DNA of 62,897 bases, the filler included, from Choristocarpus tenellus KU-1152 (Eukaryota; Protista; Phaeophyceae), in the NCBI GenBank assembly GCA_964200185.2. It is 11 parts of 11 records of this genome, joined end to end, with 100 filler letters (N's around TTAATTAATTAA, not from the genome) between each part and the next. Parts side by side here need not be neighbours in the genome. Positions count along the whole stretch, not along the records: positions 11,696 to 16,610 come from CAXNAD020012548.1; positions 16,711 to 19,281 come from CAXNAD020026678.1; positions 19,382 to 22,051 come from CAXNAD020025789.1; positions 22,152 to 31,530 come from CAXNAD020003732.1; 7 more parts are not named here. One strand, written 5' to 3'. Below, one piece after another: positions 14,146 to 27,354 of the stretch (positions are counted from its first letter, which is position 1; every line of letters starts with the position of its first letter). The position numbers and the translations under genes were made by a program. Below the pieces are notes generated by a model. It did no database searches. It had not been told where the DNA came from and saw only the letters and a list, made by a program, of their open reading frames with translations.

Positions 14146-14879
14146 TGATGGAGAGGACACACAAATTACGCTGACATATATGACAGGGAGGGGGTGGGTG
14201 AAAAAGCAAACACTCGGAATATTTGACATACTACATGCAACGTGGTTTCACTCGTCGTTTATACTTCATGCAAGGAACTGCTGCCACTCGATTGTGAAAT
14301 ATGAATGCTCACCGCAAGCTTTCAAATCACTACTACAACCGACTTCCCATCGTCAGTTGGTCGTCTGAACGCTTTATTAACAAAATTATCGGTTATCCCC
14401 ATTTTCTTTCGCTGATTGCAAGCTCTCACTCCACAAGTAACAGCTTACAAATTATTGCGATTTGAAAGCTTTTTCACAAAAATATCGATGAGCTCTCTCT
14501 CTTGTGTTCGCAAGCTTTCACTCCAAAAAACCGACGACTTCAAGAATCTGGCCATTTGAAAGCTTTCACTCTGAAATTGATCGGCGGCCTGCAGGAGGGT
14601 TTCGAAATATTTCTCATTCCTTATCTCATAATCCGTTCCTGATCTCACGAACATAATGTTAGATGTGACTCTCTTTATTATATGCATTATGTATACAACG
14701 TGAGTATAAGAATATATGAAAGTGGTTTAACTTGTGAAAAATTGTCACTTGGGCGTTCGAACTCTGCTTCCTGAGCATCTGGAGCTGTGTGGCCCCTTCG
14801 GGCCCAGCGAGTTTTGATCTAGTGCGCTTCTCGTCTTTTTACCACTACCACTCCACTTACCATCCCATACGAAGAAGTG

Positions 14880-15900
14880 GAAGGTCAGCTGTTACGCATT
14901 TTCGTTGCTACCTACCACGGACCTGCGCAAGACCTTCACAGACTCCAGCGGTGGGGCGAACCTCACATCAACAACAGTCTGTCAGCATTGGCACACCCTG
15001 AAGTCCATGTACGAAGCTGCGACAGAACAACGGATAATTGCTGTTCGTCACTGCTCTAAGCACTGTACGATGGAAACTGGAAAGGATCCCGACCAGTGTC
15101 TCATGCGCCTCTGCAAGGCTAAAAGTTGAGTTGAGGACCCCTTAACCTTACTCCTCCTACTGTTCCAGCTCTCCACTGCAGCTACTGTCATCAACCTGGA
15201 CACCCCCTGCGCCAATTTCCAAACTGTCCTCCTGTCCCCACCTGACCATCACCTGATGCCCCCACCCTCCCACCATCCCATGCCCCTGCCACACTCCCTG
15301 ACGCCCGGTGTTCATCCCACATCATACCCCACTCTCACTGACACAGCATGCCAAGCATCACATCAACACCCCTACCGCCTGCCGATCTCTCACCCACCAC
15401 CTCCCCTCCCACCTACCACCAATCACAACCAAGCACACACCCACAGTACAAGACACACCCACAACCGACCTCACCACAATCATACCTCACCCTGGCTGCA
15501 CAGCTCCTCCCCTGGCTAATCCCTCCTGTTAAACACACCACCCACCACCTCTTTTCACACCCTTTTCCCCCTGCCCATCCCATCACTGCCCCCGCCATGG
15601 GGAACCTCCATCTCCCGACACATTGGCCTGCCACCTTCACTGAACTGTTGCAGCAACACTCAGCATCGCCTGTCTCTTTGTCCTTCATTGTCCTGCTGGT
15701 ACCTGGTCCGAGTTGTCATTTGTCTACTCCACCTGTGCTATGGCGACTACTGGCTGGACAACATCGACTACCCACACCCCCATCTACTGAGTTACAATGG
15801 TCAGACACAGAATTCGGAGCTTGGATGCCTTGTACTCCTTGGACTTCTCCCCGTGTCCCCCCAACCCGCCACCTTCTCACCCGCAATATTCCCACACCTG
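14880..15900 (+). mobile_element. Copia gag (UBN2-like) and protease-region relic
   Basis: WHTLKSMYE...RI.......C.METGKDPDQ.LMRL, then AMGNL.L...VSLS..LLVPG. Confidence 0.6.
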
Positions 15901-16254
15901 CTCTTTCAGCTTTACCTACCCACTCCACCAACCAACAGATATCCTAAACCCACCTAGCCTCCCGGTATCACCTACTGCCACCCCTGCCCCCACTCACCTC
16001 TCCCATTGACCCTACGCCCCCACCAATCACACCTGTCCCTACACCATTCACCACACTGTCCTTACCCTCCATACCACTTACCACCTCCATCACCGCCCCC
16101 TAGCACCTCCAACAAACTCCACACTCAAGGACCCCTTTCACTTTGCCCACACCGCCGTCACAGATCCAGCCCTAACCACCTTACTTTCCAAGAGCCGCGC
16201 CCATGTCCACACCATGTGACCTCCACATTGACCACGTGTTCACAAGCCACTACT

Positions 16255-16610
16255 CCACTCATCACTTGCGCAAGACACAACCATACACACCATCACATAC
16301 CCAAGACCACCCCCCCACACACCATCACTTGCCCAAGATCACCTCCCTGCACACACCATATCACTTGCCCAAGACCACCCCCACCCCCACACCACTGAAC
16401 CTGCTCAAGACCCATCACAACACATCGCAGCAACTGCTCAAGACCACCCCTACACACACACCACTGAACCTGGTCAAGACCCTTACCACAGAACCCGCTT
16501 AAGACTACCTCCAACCTATCACAGAACCTGCTCAAGACCCCCCACACACATCACAGAAACTGCTCAAGACCCCCTCTACCACATCACAGCACCTCCCCAA
16601 GACCCAACCC
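16255..16610 (+). repeat. Minisatellite, about 33-bp unit, about 11 copies
   Basis: Recurring (ACCTG/ACTTG)CYCAAGACC with CA-rich spacers. Confidence 0.85.
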
Positions 16611-17499
16611 NNNNNNNNNNNNNNNNNNNNNNNNNNNNNNNNNNNNNNNNNNNNTTAATTAATTAANNNNNNNNNNNNNNNNNNNNNNNNNNNNNNNNNN
16701 NNNNNNNNNNCCCTCTCCGCTCCCCCAAAACGGGGGCCCCCCAAAAGATACCAACACCCAAACAGGGTTCCCCCCCCCCCCCCCCCCCTTTCACCGTGTT
16801 CTCACTTGGCAAGTGGAGCGGAGATAGCGTCCATCCATACTGAAGTCCAAGAAAGTGATAGGGCTGTTGTGTGTTGTGATCATTGCTGATAAAGAGTACC
16901 GGTTTGTGGTGCTGCAATATGGTGATTTGATTGGCGTGGAGAAGGTGTACAAGTAGCAATGGAGTAAGACTAGGCAGAGTGTGAAAAAGGTTGCTTCAAC
17001 CGTTATTAATCATAATCATTCATACCAAAATCATTCATGCCATAATCATTCATGCCATAGTACGATCAGCGCTCTATGATTAATTTGCCTTTTCCTGCTA
17101 TGTGTTGTAGACTGACTCGTTCTTAGAGTGGGCCTCAGGATGGCGCAAGACTGGATGAACCTATCAGTATCAAGTACTTCACAGGAAAAAACTAGTCGGT
17201 TGCACTGCGGGACGCAACTTCTCCTCCACTTCAACCTCTGTAACATACCAGTAACTACTTCCAATTACTCAGGGTATACTGATTCTGTTTTTACTCATGT
17301 AAGTAGTAGAGTACAATCATACCCTGGGCAAAGGACAGCCAGCCCTTTCAGAGGAATCATCTTGTACGATAGGGCGTCCATCATATCTGACTATTAACAG
17401 CCTTTAATTGGGGGAACATCATCTCACTCAGAGCATCCTTCACGCTCTTGTGGGTATACTCCATTCCAGCCGTGACTTTGTCCTGGTATTATTCTTATT

Positions 17500-18690
17500 G
17501 GAGCACTTAATTCAAATGAATTCAAATGAATTCAAATTAATTCAAATTAATTTTCTTGTGCAAAAAGGTGTAGTCCAAGTTCAATTTTCTGAGGAATGAA
17601 GGTAAGTAGGAAGTTTTTTCAAAAATCTGTAATCAGAAGCAAAGGAGAGGGATGTATTAGACACTTAGTTAGGAATATAATTGTGGAATATTTTGTCAAG
17701 ATGTAAGATGTGAAATACAGCTCTTCCTTTTTTCCTGAAAAGGATTTTGACCAAATAGTTTTTGATAGAATTAACCAAGATTTTTGTGACACCTTTGTTA
17801 AGATAGTATCTTCTTTGAAGTCTCCAGGGTAGGCAATAAAATTGCAATTATTGCTCTGGCCAAGTATATCAAATACTCTCAAGTATATAAAAAACATTCA
17901 AATATATCAAATGCTTTACTGGGCAGAAAAAGAAAGGTAGTAAAGCTTATTTTTTTCTTATTAATTATTGCAATTGGGATACTAAGGTAAGCTTTATTAG
18001 CTATTTATTTGTATAAAGTGGGTCTGTATTGCCAAATTTGGTACTGTTTCTCAAAACATTTGCGATCCCCAAAATAAATTCTTATTTATATTATATATAG
18101 TACAAGAAGGACCTTTCTTAAATATTAAAGATAACAATAGCATAAAATGGTATTCACAAAACTAATATAAATTAAGCTCAGCAAACTTCTTGATTGAAGT
18201 TAAGCTACTGAATAATTTTGCTTCATGAGTAGTAGGAAATATGCGGGAATTAACTTTAAAATGAACTACATTTTATTTTATAAGACTACTTTAATTTTTA
18301 ATTATATTTTGGTTCTTATTCATCTGATTTTTTTGCATCATTTGTCTGGATAAGTCTTTCTAGTTTTTCCTTATGTACCCTTTCATGGTAATATATATAT
18401 TTCTTTTGTAAAGAGGAAATAAGTTGGTCATTAGCACACACCTTACCTATGCTATTTATCAGTATGTTTTTGTAGCAGTGCAATTACTCCAATTGAAATA
18501 GAGATACTACCTGCAGGAAATGGCAGAGTTATTGTCATAACAATTTGGTATCTTAGAGTCAAAGTATCTTAATCAGTCTATTTGATTCTCTACTGCTATA
18601 TCAAATAATTATCATTATACCATTTTTTATTCTCTTATTTTTCTAATCTTAGCAATAGCTATACTGTTACGGGCTTACAATAAAATTACA
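17500..18690 (+). other. AT-rich organelle-like insert with decayed cytochrome b-like motifs (possible NUMT)
   Basis: Abrupt AT enrichment; collinear fragments LLAIY, FAS*VVG, ILVLIHLIFLH, ITPIEI.ILP; no open frame. Confidence 0.3.
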
Positions 18691-19396
18691 TTTTTTCCCC
18701 TGATACATCTGGAAAATACCAGACTATACTTGGGGTGTGTGTTTGTGTCACTTTATCACCTGTACACGTATATTTTACAGTCAGCGGCACCAATGGCCAT
18801 GCTCTGCCCAGTTGGTGCAAACTTGATGTCTGTAATATGCTTCTGTGCATCACGGGCTTCATGAAGAGTCTGTCAAAAACAGTGATACCACATGTCAAAA
18901 TTTAACTCCAGATAGAGTAGGCAGAGGAGGAGAATGGCACATCTAGGCATCGCTATACCACCTCTTGATGTTGAAAAAACCATTGTCTGATATACTACTG
19001 AAGGGACAACTTTATGCACAACTGCTATTTATTTCAACTGGAGGAGTGGGAGGTTGTGTAGAGGTACAGTAAAGAGGTACAGTAAAGAGCAATAGTATCC
19101 CCCATAGGGGGTGTCACTGAGGATAAGGGGCTTATGTGACTGCCTCCTGGTTCATGTACTCCTAGGACTCTGGGCTTGATTTTAAGATTTGTGAATGAAG
19201 GTTTGTCTCCTCTCCTTCAAACACACTCTCCTGATGGGGTTTAGCTGATTGTGGGCATGGGAGTGGGGATGTCTGGCAGCANNNNNNNNNNNNNNNNNNN
19301 NNNNNNNNNNNNNNNNNNNNNNNNNTTAATTAATTAANNNNNNNNNNNNNNNNNNNNNNNNNNNNNNNNNNNNNNNNNNNNGTGGGTGGAGGGGGG

Positions 19397-19435
<39 letters not shown>

Positions 19436-19810
19436 TTGGACTGGGAAAAGTGGGATCAGGAAGTGAGAGCATTGAGGAGAACAAGGATAGGACCCAAGCT
19501 CGTCGGGGGTGGTGAATACATGTAGGGTTAGGGTTTGATTTGAGTGATCGAGGGGAATGGAGAGGGTGGGTAGACATGAAAGGTAGATGGAACACATTCA
19601 CGTTGGGAACATGTAAAGGGTGCGATAGGGAAGTAGACATGAAAGGGTGCCGAGGGGAGAGATGTGGGTGGGGTGATGGTGGACTTTGGTTTTGGCATTG
19701 AACAAAAGATTGGACTGAAGTGCAGTGATCTATTTTATTTTTTTGAACGCCGGTCACACCTGTCGATAGTGTGTAGGGCTAGCTAAGTTTACCCCCTTCC
19801 TGGAATTAAG

Positions 19811-21948
19811 GACCGTGGCTATCCATATGGAGCTGCTATCCGGATTGGCATGGGCCTGAGGCTTAAGGACTGGCCTCTGGAAGAGGGGTGTGCATTCTCT
19901 GCAGGCAACAGTGTGTTTCAAGCCAAGTGAGTGGGGCTAGTGATTGATTGGGGGTTGTGTTAAGGACTGGGGGGGGCACTAGAGCCTGACGGTTTTGTTT
20001 ATACCAGTGAGGAGCACCGGTGTTGTAGTGGGTACTGGGGATGTGGATTTGGCGTTGGAGCAAAAATGCCTTGTTGGGGCAACTGTGCATGAGTGGAATT
20101 GAAGTAATGAGTGGAACTTTTTTGTGCAGCGTGGTGTTGGGTTTTATTTCTAGTTGTACCTGTGTTTGGTTTTTGAAGGGAGGGGGGGGGGGGGGAAGAG
20201 GGGGGGGGTTCGAAGGTGTTCTTCATGTGTGTTTCCATTGTGTTTAAAAGAGGCTAAATTTGTTGGATCCCAATGGGCTCGGTTTGTGCCCTGGATTAGA
20301 GGGTGCAAACTATCCCTTTGATCAAGGCCGTTTAGAGTTACTTGTCTCATACTGTAGTGGGCTTACTGCAAGGGGCAGAAAGTAGTCTTTCTTTTGTGCC
20401 TTGCTAACCCTCACGTAGTACCATTTTCAACAAGTCAGTGTTGCTTTTGATTAAGTATTTGGTGGAGGAACAATAAGAGTATAGGGGAGGAATGGGGAAA
20501 TGTGTTTTGTGTGGAGGCGTTGTCCTCCATCTCTAGTCCAAGACCCTCTGTTTTGTCCCCAGTGAGACAATCGATCCACCTGTCCCCGTGCAATGGCGTT
20601 GCATTCAGAGTAGTACCAAGATTGAACTAATATTGATAGTGATGAGGTGGTAGAGGTTGCAGAGAGCGAATGCGCCCTGTTGGTTGTCAAGGTGACGATT
20701 GCACTAATGTAATATTGGTGTACGTGTTACTTTCTATTATTGTGAATTCTATCCCTTGAATGTTTGCAAATTTATTTTATATATGCCTGCACCTCATTTG
20801 CACTATCACAGATGTGTGTAGGCATTGAGAGATGTCAGCATAGTTACCCACACACCCCACCCCCTCCCCCTTCCTCCCCATGGGTACGTAAGTTTGAACA
20901 ATGCCAAGATGTTAGGGGCACCCTGCTCTGTAGAGATGCTAATGTGTCTTGACACTTGCCCTTTGGCAGAGAGATTGATGAGCAGGGAGGCATGGTTCTG
21001 GATATCATTGCTGGCCCTCTTCGGGGGGAACAGCGGCGAGTGTTTCAGGAAGGTGCAACCGTCGGACGAGCCACTGAGAACACCATTAGGTGAAAATAAA
21101 GGAGGAGGGGGACAAGGGTCAGCTGGGGGGGGGGGAAGGGGAAGTAGAAGGGGGCGGGGGCGGGGACACTTGACAAGAGGGACTGTGATGGGACCTTGTA
21201 ATACTCTTTATGTAGAATTTGTGTGTTCTATCCTGTACGTGGACATTCACTGCGTACTTGGTACTTGGTACTTGGTACTTGGTACTTGGTACTTGGAAGA
21301 AAGAACTCCACGCCGACCTGTGTTGATGCATGTACCTGATGTTGTAGATTGGCTGAAATTGATGTGGGAAAGACTGTCGGTTCTGGACCATGTTGGTGAG
21401 ATTAAGAAGGAAACGTTGTGTTCGGGGTGGGTGTGGAGCATCCTCCCCTCGTGCGTGCTGTTCGCCCCGGGTCCGCCGCCATGAGATTACCTGCAGTGGG
21501 GGGGGGGGGTTATTGTTAGAACTATTTTGGGTCTTGATTGGGGTGGTTTTCCTCCAGCAATAAACAGGGTCTATTTTATTTTATTTTTTCCAGTTGTGTA
21601 TATTCGGTAGTTGTGAATGCTTGACTTTCAAGCGAGCATTCTTATTGCAGTTGAGGTGCAAAGCGGCACTGGTTGTTGTCTTCCTGTGCCCTCCTCTCTT
21701 CCCCCCCCCCCCACCCCCCCATACATACGCACATATCCCCTAACCCTTCATATCCCCAAACCTTCGACGACCGTAATGAATCTAGCATTGCCGACCGAGA
21801 GCTATCCAGGAGGCACAGTATGGTTCAGTGTGATTGGCAACCTTCCTACAACGCCGACGTAGCTGTAGAATCCCTGGGGAGGGGGGAGGGGGGAGGTGGT
21901 GGGGTTGGATGCGGTGGAGATACGGTAGAGAAGAAGAATGCATGTGGT

Positions 21949-21979
<31 letters not shown>

Positions 21980-22051
21980 GTTTTTTCTGGGGGGGGGGGG
22001 GGGGGCGGCGGGCAGGAGCCGAGGGGGGAGGGGGGGGGGGGGGGGGGGGGG
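19811..22051 (+). CDS. Tandem FHA-domain protein (partial)
   Basis: Phase-consistent exons 19811-19926, 20970-21089 and 21786-gap: DRGYPYG..R...WPLEEG..F.AGNSVF | ..LDIIAGPLRG.....GATVGRATENTI|SIADRELSRRHS (FHA GR and SxxH motifs). Confidence 0.8.
21255..21296 (+). repeat. (GTACTTG)n heptamer microsatellite in an intron
   Basis: About 6 perfect units. Confidence 0.9.
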
Positions 22052-22151
22052 NNNNNNNNNNNNNNNNNNNNNNNNNNNNNNNNNNNNNNNNNNNNTTAAT
22101 TAATTAANNNNNNNNNNNNNNNNNNNNNNNNNNNNNNNNNNNNNNNNNNNN

Positions 22152-22304
22152 GGGGTCTACACCAGGGTGTCCATTTGGGTCAAAATCAGGAAAAGTGCAT
22201 TTACATTATCCATCCGACGTATGCAACCCAAACCACCCAAAAATCGCGACATGAAAAAATTGAACCCAAATGAACAACCTCCACCCCCCCCCCAGATAAT
22301 TTGA
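22152..22304 (+). mobile_element. MITE family B, truncated by the gap and hit at its terminus by a family A copy
   Basis: Same interior as 5014 and 52784; the terminus ...CAGATAATTTGA resumes as TGAGCC after 22563. Confidence 0.85.
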
Positions 22305-22563
22305 GAGTCAACGTGTCTTAGTGGGTAGAGTCGTGTCCATTTGAGGGACAAAATCCAATGCTGGAATTTTGATGTAATTTTGGCCATCATATTTGTTAGG
22401 AGATGTCAATATCCTTGTTCCAGACACAACTTTTCCTGACCTATACATTTCACCTACTCCAAAATGTTTTGGAGTAGGTAAAATGTAATGAAAAATCTGT
22501 GGGAAGCCAAGCCCCAAACGGACAAAAACGGAAAAACTCGTACCCTCTAAGATACTTTCACTC
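22305..22563 (-). mobile_element. MITE family A copy
   Basis: Both TIRs present; 3-bp TSD TGA. Confidence 0.9.
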
Positions 22564-23599
22564 TGAGCCTGATGTCCCTTACAGTATAATCCTAGTCGGC
22601 GAGGTGCTTTTAGTATCCAAATCATAATTCTGCTCATGTTTGCCACGAAATTTGTTACGCATATTACAATAACTTTTTTCAAGCTTTGATCCAGGGCAAG
22701 ACCTCTATAGGGCTAAATGTATTTATACTATTGTTGATTTCATAAGGGCAATTCGAAGTTTGTTTGTGCTGCGTTGGATTGTGCCATTTTCTTTTTGTAT
22801 CTGATTGTGTTCGTCACATTGCCCTACGGAATATCCTGCGCAACAATGGCCAGATGCATATCCATTACACTACAATACTATGAAACACAGAACAACGTTC
22901 GATTAAATACCGTGATTTTTGCTCTTGGCATGGCATGTGCAGGGGTATCTTGTAGTTCTTCCTGCAATGGGGCATGGCATGTACTCTAGTACACTAGAGT
23001 GCTCCGTAGTGTGTGGTATCTTGGTTTCCTGCTATCATTACGAAATTGCAACTAATAATAATGTGTGTACATTCTGCCTGTTTGAAGAGGTTGAGTTGCG
23101 GTGGGATTTGGAGTGGTAAATGTTTATGATACTTCAGAATATTTGTGGATTTTCAACGAACTGCATTCCTATCCCCTTTTTGCGATCCAGACATCCTTTC
23201 CCTTTCCTTGCTTTTCCCTCTGAAGAACAAGGTGTAAGAGCTCATACCAAAATGTCAATGACCTCATACTCTGATATAATGATTGAAGACGAGTAGATAC
23301 ATGTTTGTGGTCCAGAACTACCGACAAAATGATACAACAGGATGATGGCAGAAGCGATTCTGTGTCGCAATATTTCTTGACTCTCCTCCCTTTCCCCATC
23401 TCCTTGGTGCTATATCCTGTTTCCTGGACCTGATGCCACAGATTTGAGAATGACAGAAGCGTATCTCCTCGACATTGATTAGTTCATCTAAGCAGCAAGC
23501 GTCAGTAGTACTCGAAGTGGCCATTTGGCGCCCCATTTATTGGTGGTTCTTTAAAATTTGATACACCAGTTGGATCAACAAAAACGCAATAATAGTGCA

Positions 23600-24700
23600 C
23601 CAGAGAATAAACAATTACACAGCTCCTTTAGGGCAACCCCCAGAAGTCCACACCCTGGCAGTACATAGCATTGGAGAGATAATAAAACGGCCCCAGCATC
23701 GGATTACCCAACTCCTTAACCGAGTCTACTTCAAACCCCTCTGCTCCAACCTGTCAAACCTCCCTAAAGATCCCAGACCTGGAAGGGAGCCTTCTACAGC
23801 GGCTTTAGCTTGTGAAAGGATTCATTGTAGGTGAGGGGCTAATGGGTGGGTAACTACTCAAGCCCTTGAGCCAAAAGACGAATCCCTTCCCCATAATTCG
23901 ACCTCAGAGTGAACTGGTGTTGAGGGCTAGAGAAGATACAATCCAATTGCCACCCACTAGCTGGATGTCGACGACAGGTTGTGGACCCTAGTCATGGACA
24001 CACAAGCCCCAGGGCTCGACGACAAGTTCGGCAGCACTTGCCTGTGGCGAGGCAACTGTGTAGCGTCTACAGATTGGTGGGCGTCCGTTGCATTTCCTGG
24101 AGGATGGAAGTCACTTACTTCACCATCATTTTGAATTTCTCCATTAATGCGGCATTCAATGGTGAGTCACTGTCTAGTACAGCCACCACTCCTACCTAGG
24201 AAGAGGTTCTGCTATTGGATGTGGGCCTCACAGAGGTCCAAGCAGACCGCCATTTCAAAAATTGCCATCAAACAACAGGATAGTAGTTGCACCTGTAGTT
24301 GCGGCTAGGAAGGATAACCACTACGAGCATCTTTTTATCTTCGTTGTTCTTTCCTCAACACATTTGCTATAGAGAACTCCAGATGTCTAGGCAAACAGGT
24401 AGAGCATTTCCTTGATGAGCTGGCGGCTTATTTAGTGGGTGGTAGTGGGCCAAAGGGGTTTTGTATGAAGAGAATAGTGAAGGCACACCTGCTACAGATT
24501 GTGTCAGACACTACTCAAATAGCAATCCCCAGGCATGTCAAACAATTCAAGCTCGAGAAACGGTATTGGTGGGCTAGGCGGGGCTTGACTGCCTTGTAGG
24601 ACTCTTCTCTTGTTTTCTAGGCCACCTTCATAGCAGCAGTTTAGGAGGGGTTTTACCTACGGATAGTAATATTTGTAGATTTATTGTCTTGCTTTCAAAT
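23600..24700 (-). mobile_element. CRE-like non-LTR retrotransposon RT relic
   Basis: Degenerate GPxxxRP, VAIG, AYN and S...GxPxLGPF motifs in CRE RT order. Confidence 0.45.
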
Positions 24701-27354
24701 GCACTACATCTCTTGTTGGTATACCCGAAGGACTTTTCCGTAAGAAACACAGACTCCGTGGTTATCCTATTTACTGTATTCTCCAGCTGCTGTTTCTTCT
24801 TATTCCCGACACGACAAGGTTTTACCTGAAAGATGTCTACAGGTTTTAGTAATATTATATATTGAATATATCCTACGATTTACTATTATTTATTATTATG
24901 GATCATATACTTCGTAATACTACATATAAACTGCATTACATGCTACGTTGTACGTAGTATATACTAGTAGCAAGAGTCGTGTGTGGCTGGAGAACAATAG
25001 AGTGGTTGTCTTTGTTAGTATTTTAAAAGTTCACCATTTTGTTCTGTGTTTCAATGTATGAGATTCTTTGAGACAAAACACCCCACTACACCAAACATCA
25101 CCACTGCACCACCAACATACAATTTACTCCCCATGTACTTGCTAACTCCTGAGACCTCTACGGAACAGTTAGCACATAGAAAGTAATGGTAATTACGAAG
25201 TAAAAAGACCAAAAGTCCACCTAGAAGACTTACTGTAGTAGAACGTGCAGATATACATTCTGGCTACAATCAGCTAAACGAGCGCACTCATTAAAAGTGT
25301 TTCTTCTGCAAGACTTAATCTACGAGACTGGCTCACAATCTCTTTTGCTATTATTATCCTCACTATTGAACATAAAAAGGGCCTTGATTGCGACGAACAG
25401 AAGAAGAAAAATGCCAATTTGAACTTTAAATTACTCCCAAAATTGTCATTGAAAACGTGGATACGTTCTCCATATCTGTTTCTCAAATTGCATCAATACA
25501 CAGTATGCTCTGCATGCGTTGTACAAAGGTAGTATTGTCTATTTACCGCCGTTTCCATCCACCATGTTGCAAAAAGGTGTACTGAAACACCGATTCACTC
25601 TGCATCTACTTTTATCGTAGTCAATGTTAATAATACCATGCACTACATATATTACTGTTCGTGAATCCGTTCCAGAGCACCAGATGACTGGCCAGACCAT
25701 TTTATCTCCAAATTTTATTTTTAATTAAGTGTGTTTCCCATTTTTCCGTACTAACTTGTTTTCCCACAGGATTCTAGAGAAACGGGAGATTTACGGGGTT
25801 GAGAAGGTTGTAGAACTGATTAGTCCTAGGGACTACATGTTCAATGTATCAATGGGCTATTTCAACGACAAATCGATTGTATGTGCACTATATATATACA
25901 TCGTTATACACTGCAACAGTGTTACCTTGCCGAAGAGTCCCAAGGATAGATGGATGGACGGACGTATAGATGTGCCACGGTATGACTCTTTTTGAGAGGC
26001 CATATCTTAAGGTCAAGGCATGGTAATGGATAAACGAGTGGGAAGGCTTATAGTTGGGAAATAAATGATAAGTGTAGGCAAATGCTGTGTCTCACGAGTG
26101 GCGAAGGTATGTAACTGAAGCTGGGGAATAAATCTGTTAGAGTGGAGAAAAATAGATGTTTTCGAAACGTTTTCTGCCCTTAATCTTCGCATGATTCTCG
26201 ACGAGGGATGCTGGGATCCCAACCGGAGTCTCTTCAGAGTCCATTTTATTCAAGACCTGGAGCGTACAATATTGGTGTAAGAAAGCAAGGTCCAGGGTTA
26301 ATGCTGCGTTTATGCTCTGATTGAAACTCTCCATCATACATTGTGAACATTCTCAGGGATCAGCTCCATTGCAGCTCAGGACACCTCATGTTGTTCTTGT
26401 TGATACGTTATACATAGCAATATGTAGTTCGTGGAATGGGTTGTTTGTAAGGCCTTAATCACACAAAACCTTATTACGAAAGTTGGCCACTTCAAGTCTT
26501 GTAGCAGATACTGTTGTACGATATCATAGTCACCCACACAACAAGCTCTATCAATATGTTTGATTCGTGCTCTACTTTGTCCTGTTGTGCACGTTAAAAT
26601 TAGTATAATGTTTAGGAAGAGGTTTTAGGATCTATCCTATGTGTGTGTCACTCCGGGAAAGGTAAAACACCCATCAATTTGACACACGTATCATTTCCTA
26701 TCTCCGTATCCTCCTCATATGGACATATTGCCCCTTCTCCATCTAGATCAGAAAAAATAGAGCACACTGGCATCTGACATCTCACAAATTCCCCCAGTAG
26801 CAGAAAATATCCCCCTAGAGTGATGCCAATACCTCAAAGAAATTGCCACGATCCTGTGTATCTTTCTCTCCCCTGTGTCGCAATAAAAACAACAATGATA
26901 ATTCATAACCTACTCCATCGCCTTTCCACCTCAAGACGTTCTATCTAATAGCAACGAAAGTACTTACTGCAGGGTGATGTGTAGTGTACCTTCGATCAAC
27001 AACCTAGCAACAGGTGGTTTCCAAGGGATGGACAATACTAAACACACAAGTAGCACTGCAGGGTGCAACAGTGTAATGAAAACCACTCACGAATTGATAA
27101 CACTTAATAAAAATGACAAAATATGCATCTACACCTTTCTTCGATTGCTTGTTATTTGAATTGTTGACAGTCCTGGCTTTGTTGAGCTCCAAATTGGCAG
27201 TATTGAGTCGAAGCAGCGAAAGATGTTCATCTCCCCAGTACGTCCTCACCAAACGTATCGTATGTGTGTTTGGAGGGAGTATACGTGCCAAACGTGTCCC
27301 AACACTGCAAGGTGAAACTCAAGATTAAACGACACCATCCCTCGAATAAACTGC

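Noticed and set aside
15256-16547. Pro/His/Thr-rich ORFs of up to 199 aa
   Set aside because: Products of C/A-skewed low-complexity DNA and decayed Copia sequence.
16255-16610. Repeat-spacer pattern resembling a CRISPR array
   Set aside because: Spacers are related low-complexity sequence, the repeat is degenerate, there are no cas genes, and the context is eukaryotic.
25770-27300. Isolated exon-like segments on both strands
   Set aside because: They could not be phased into a model or assigned to a family.
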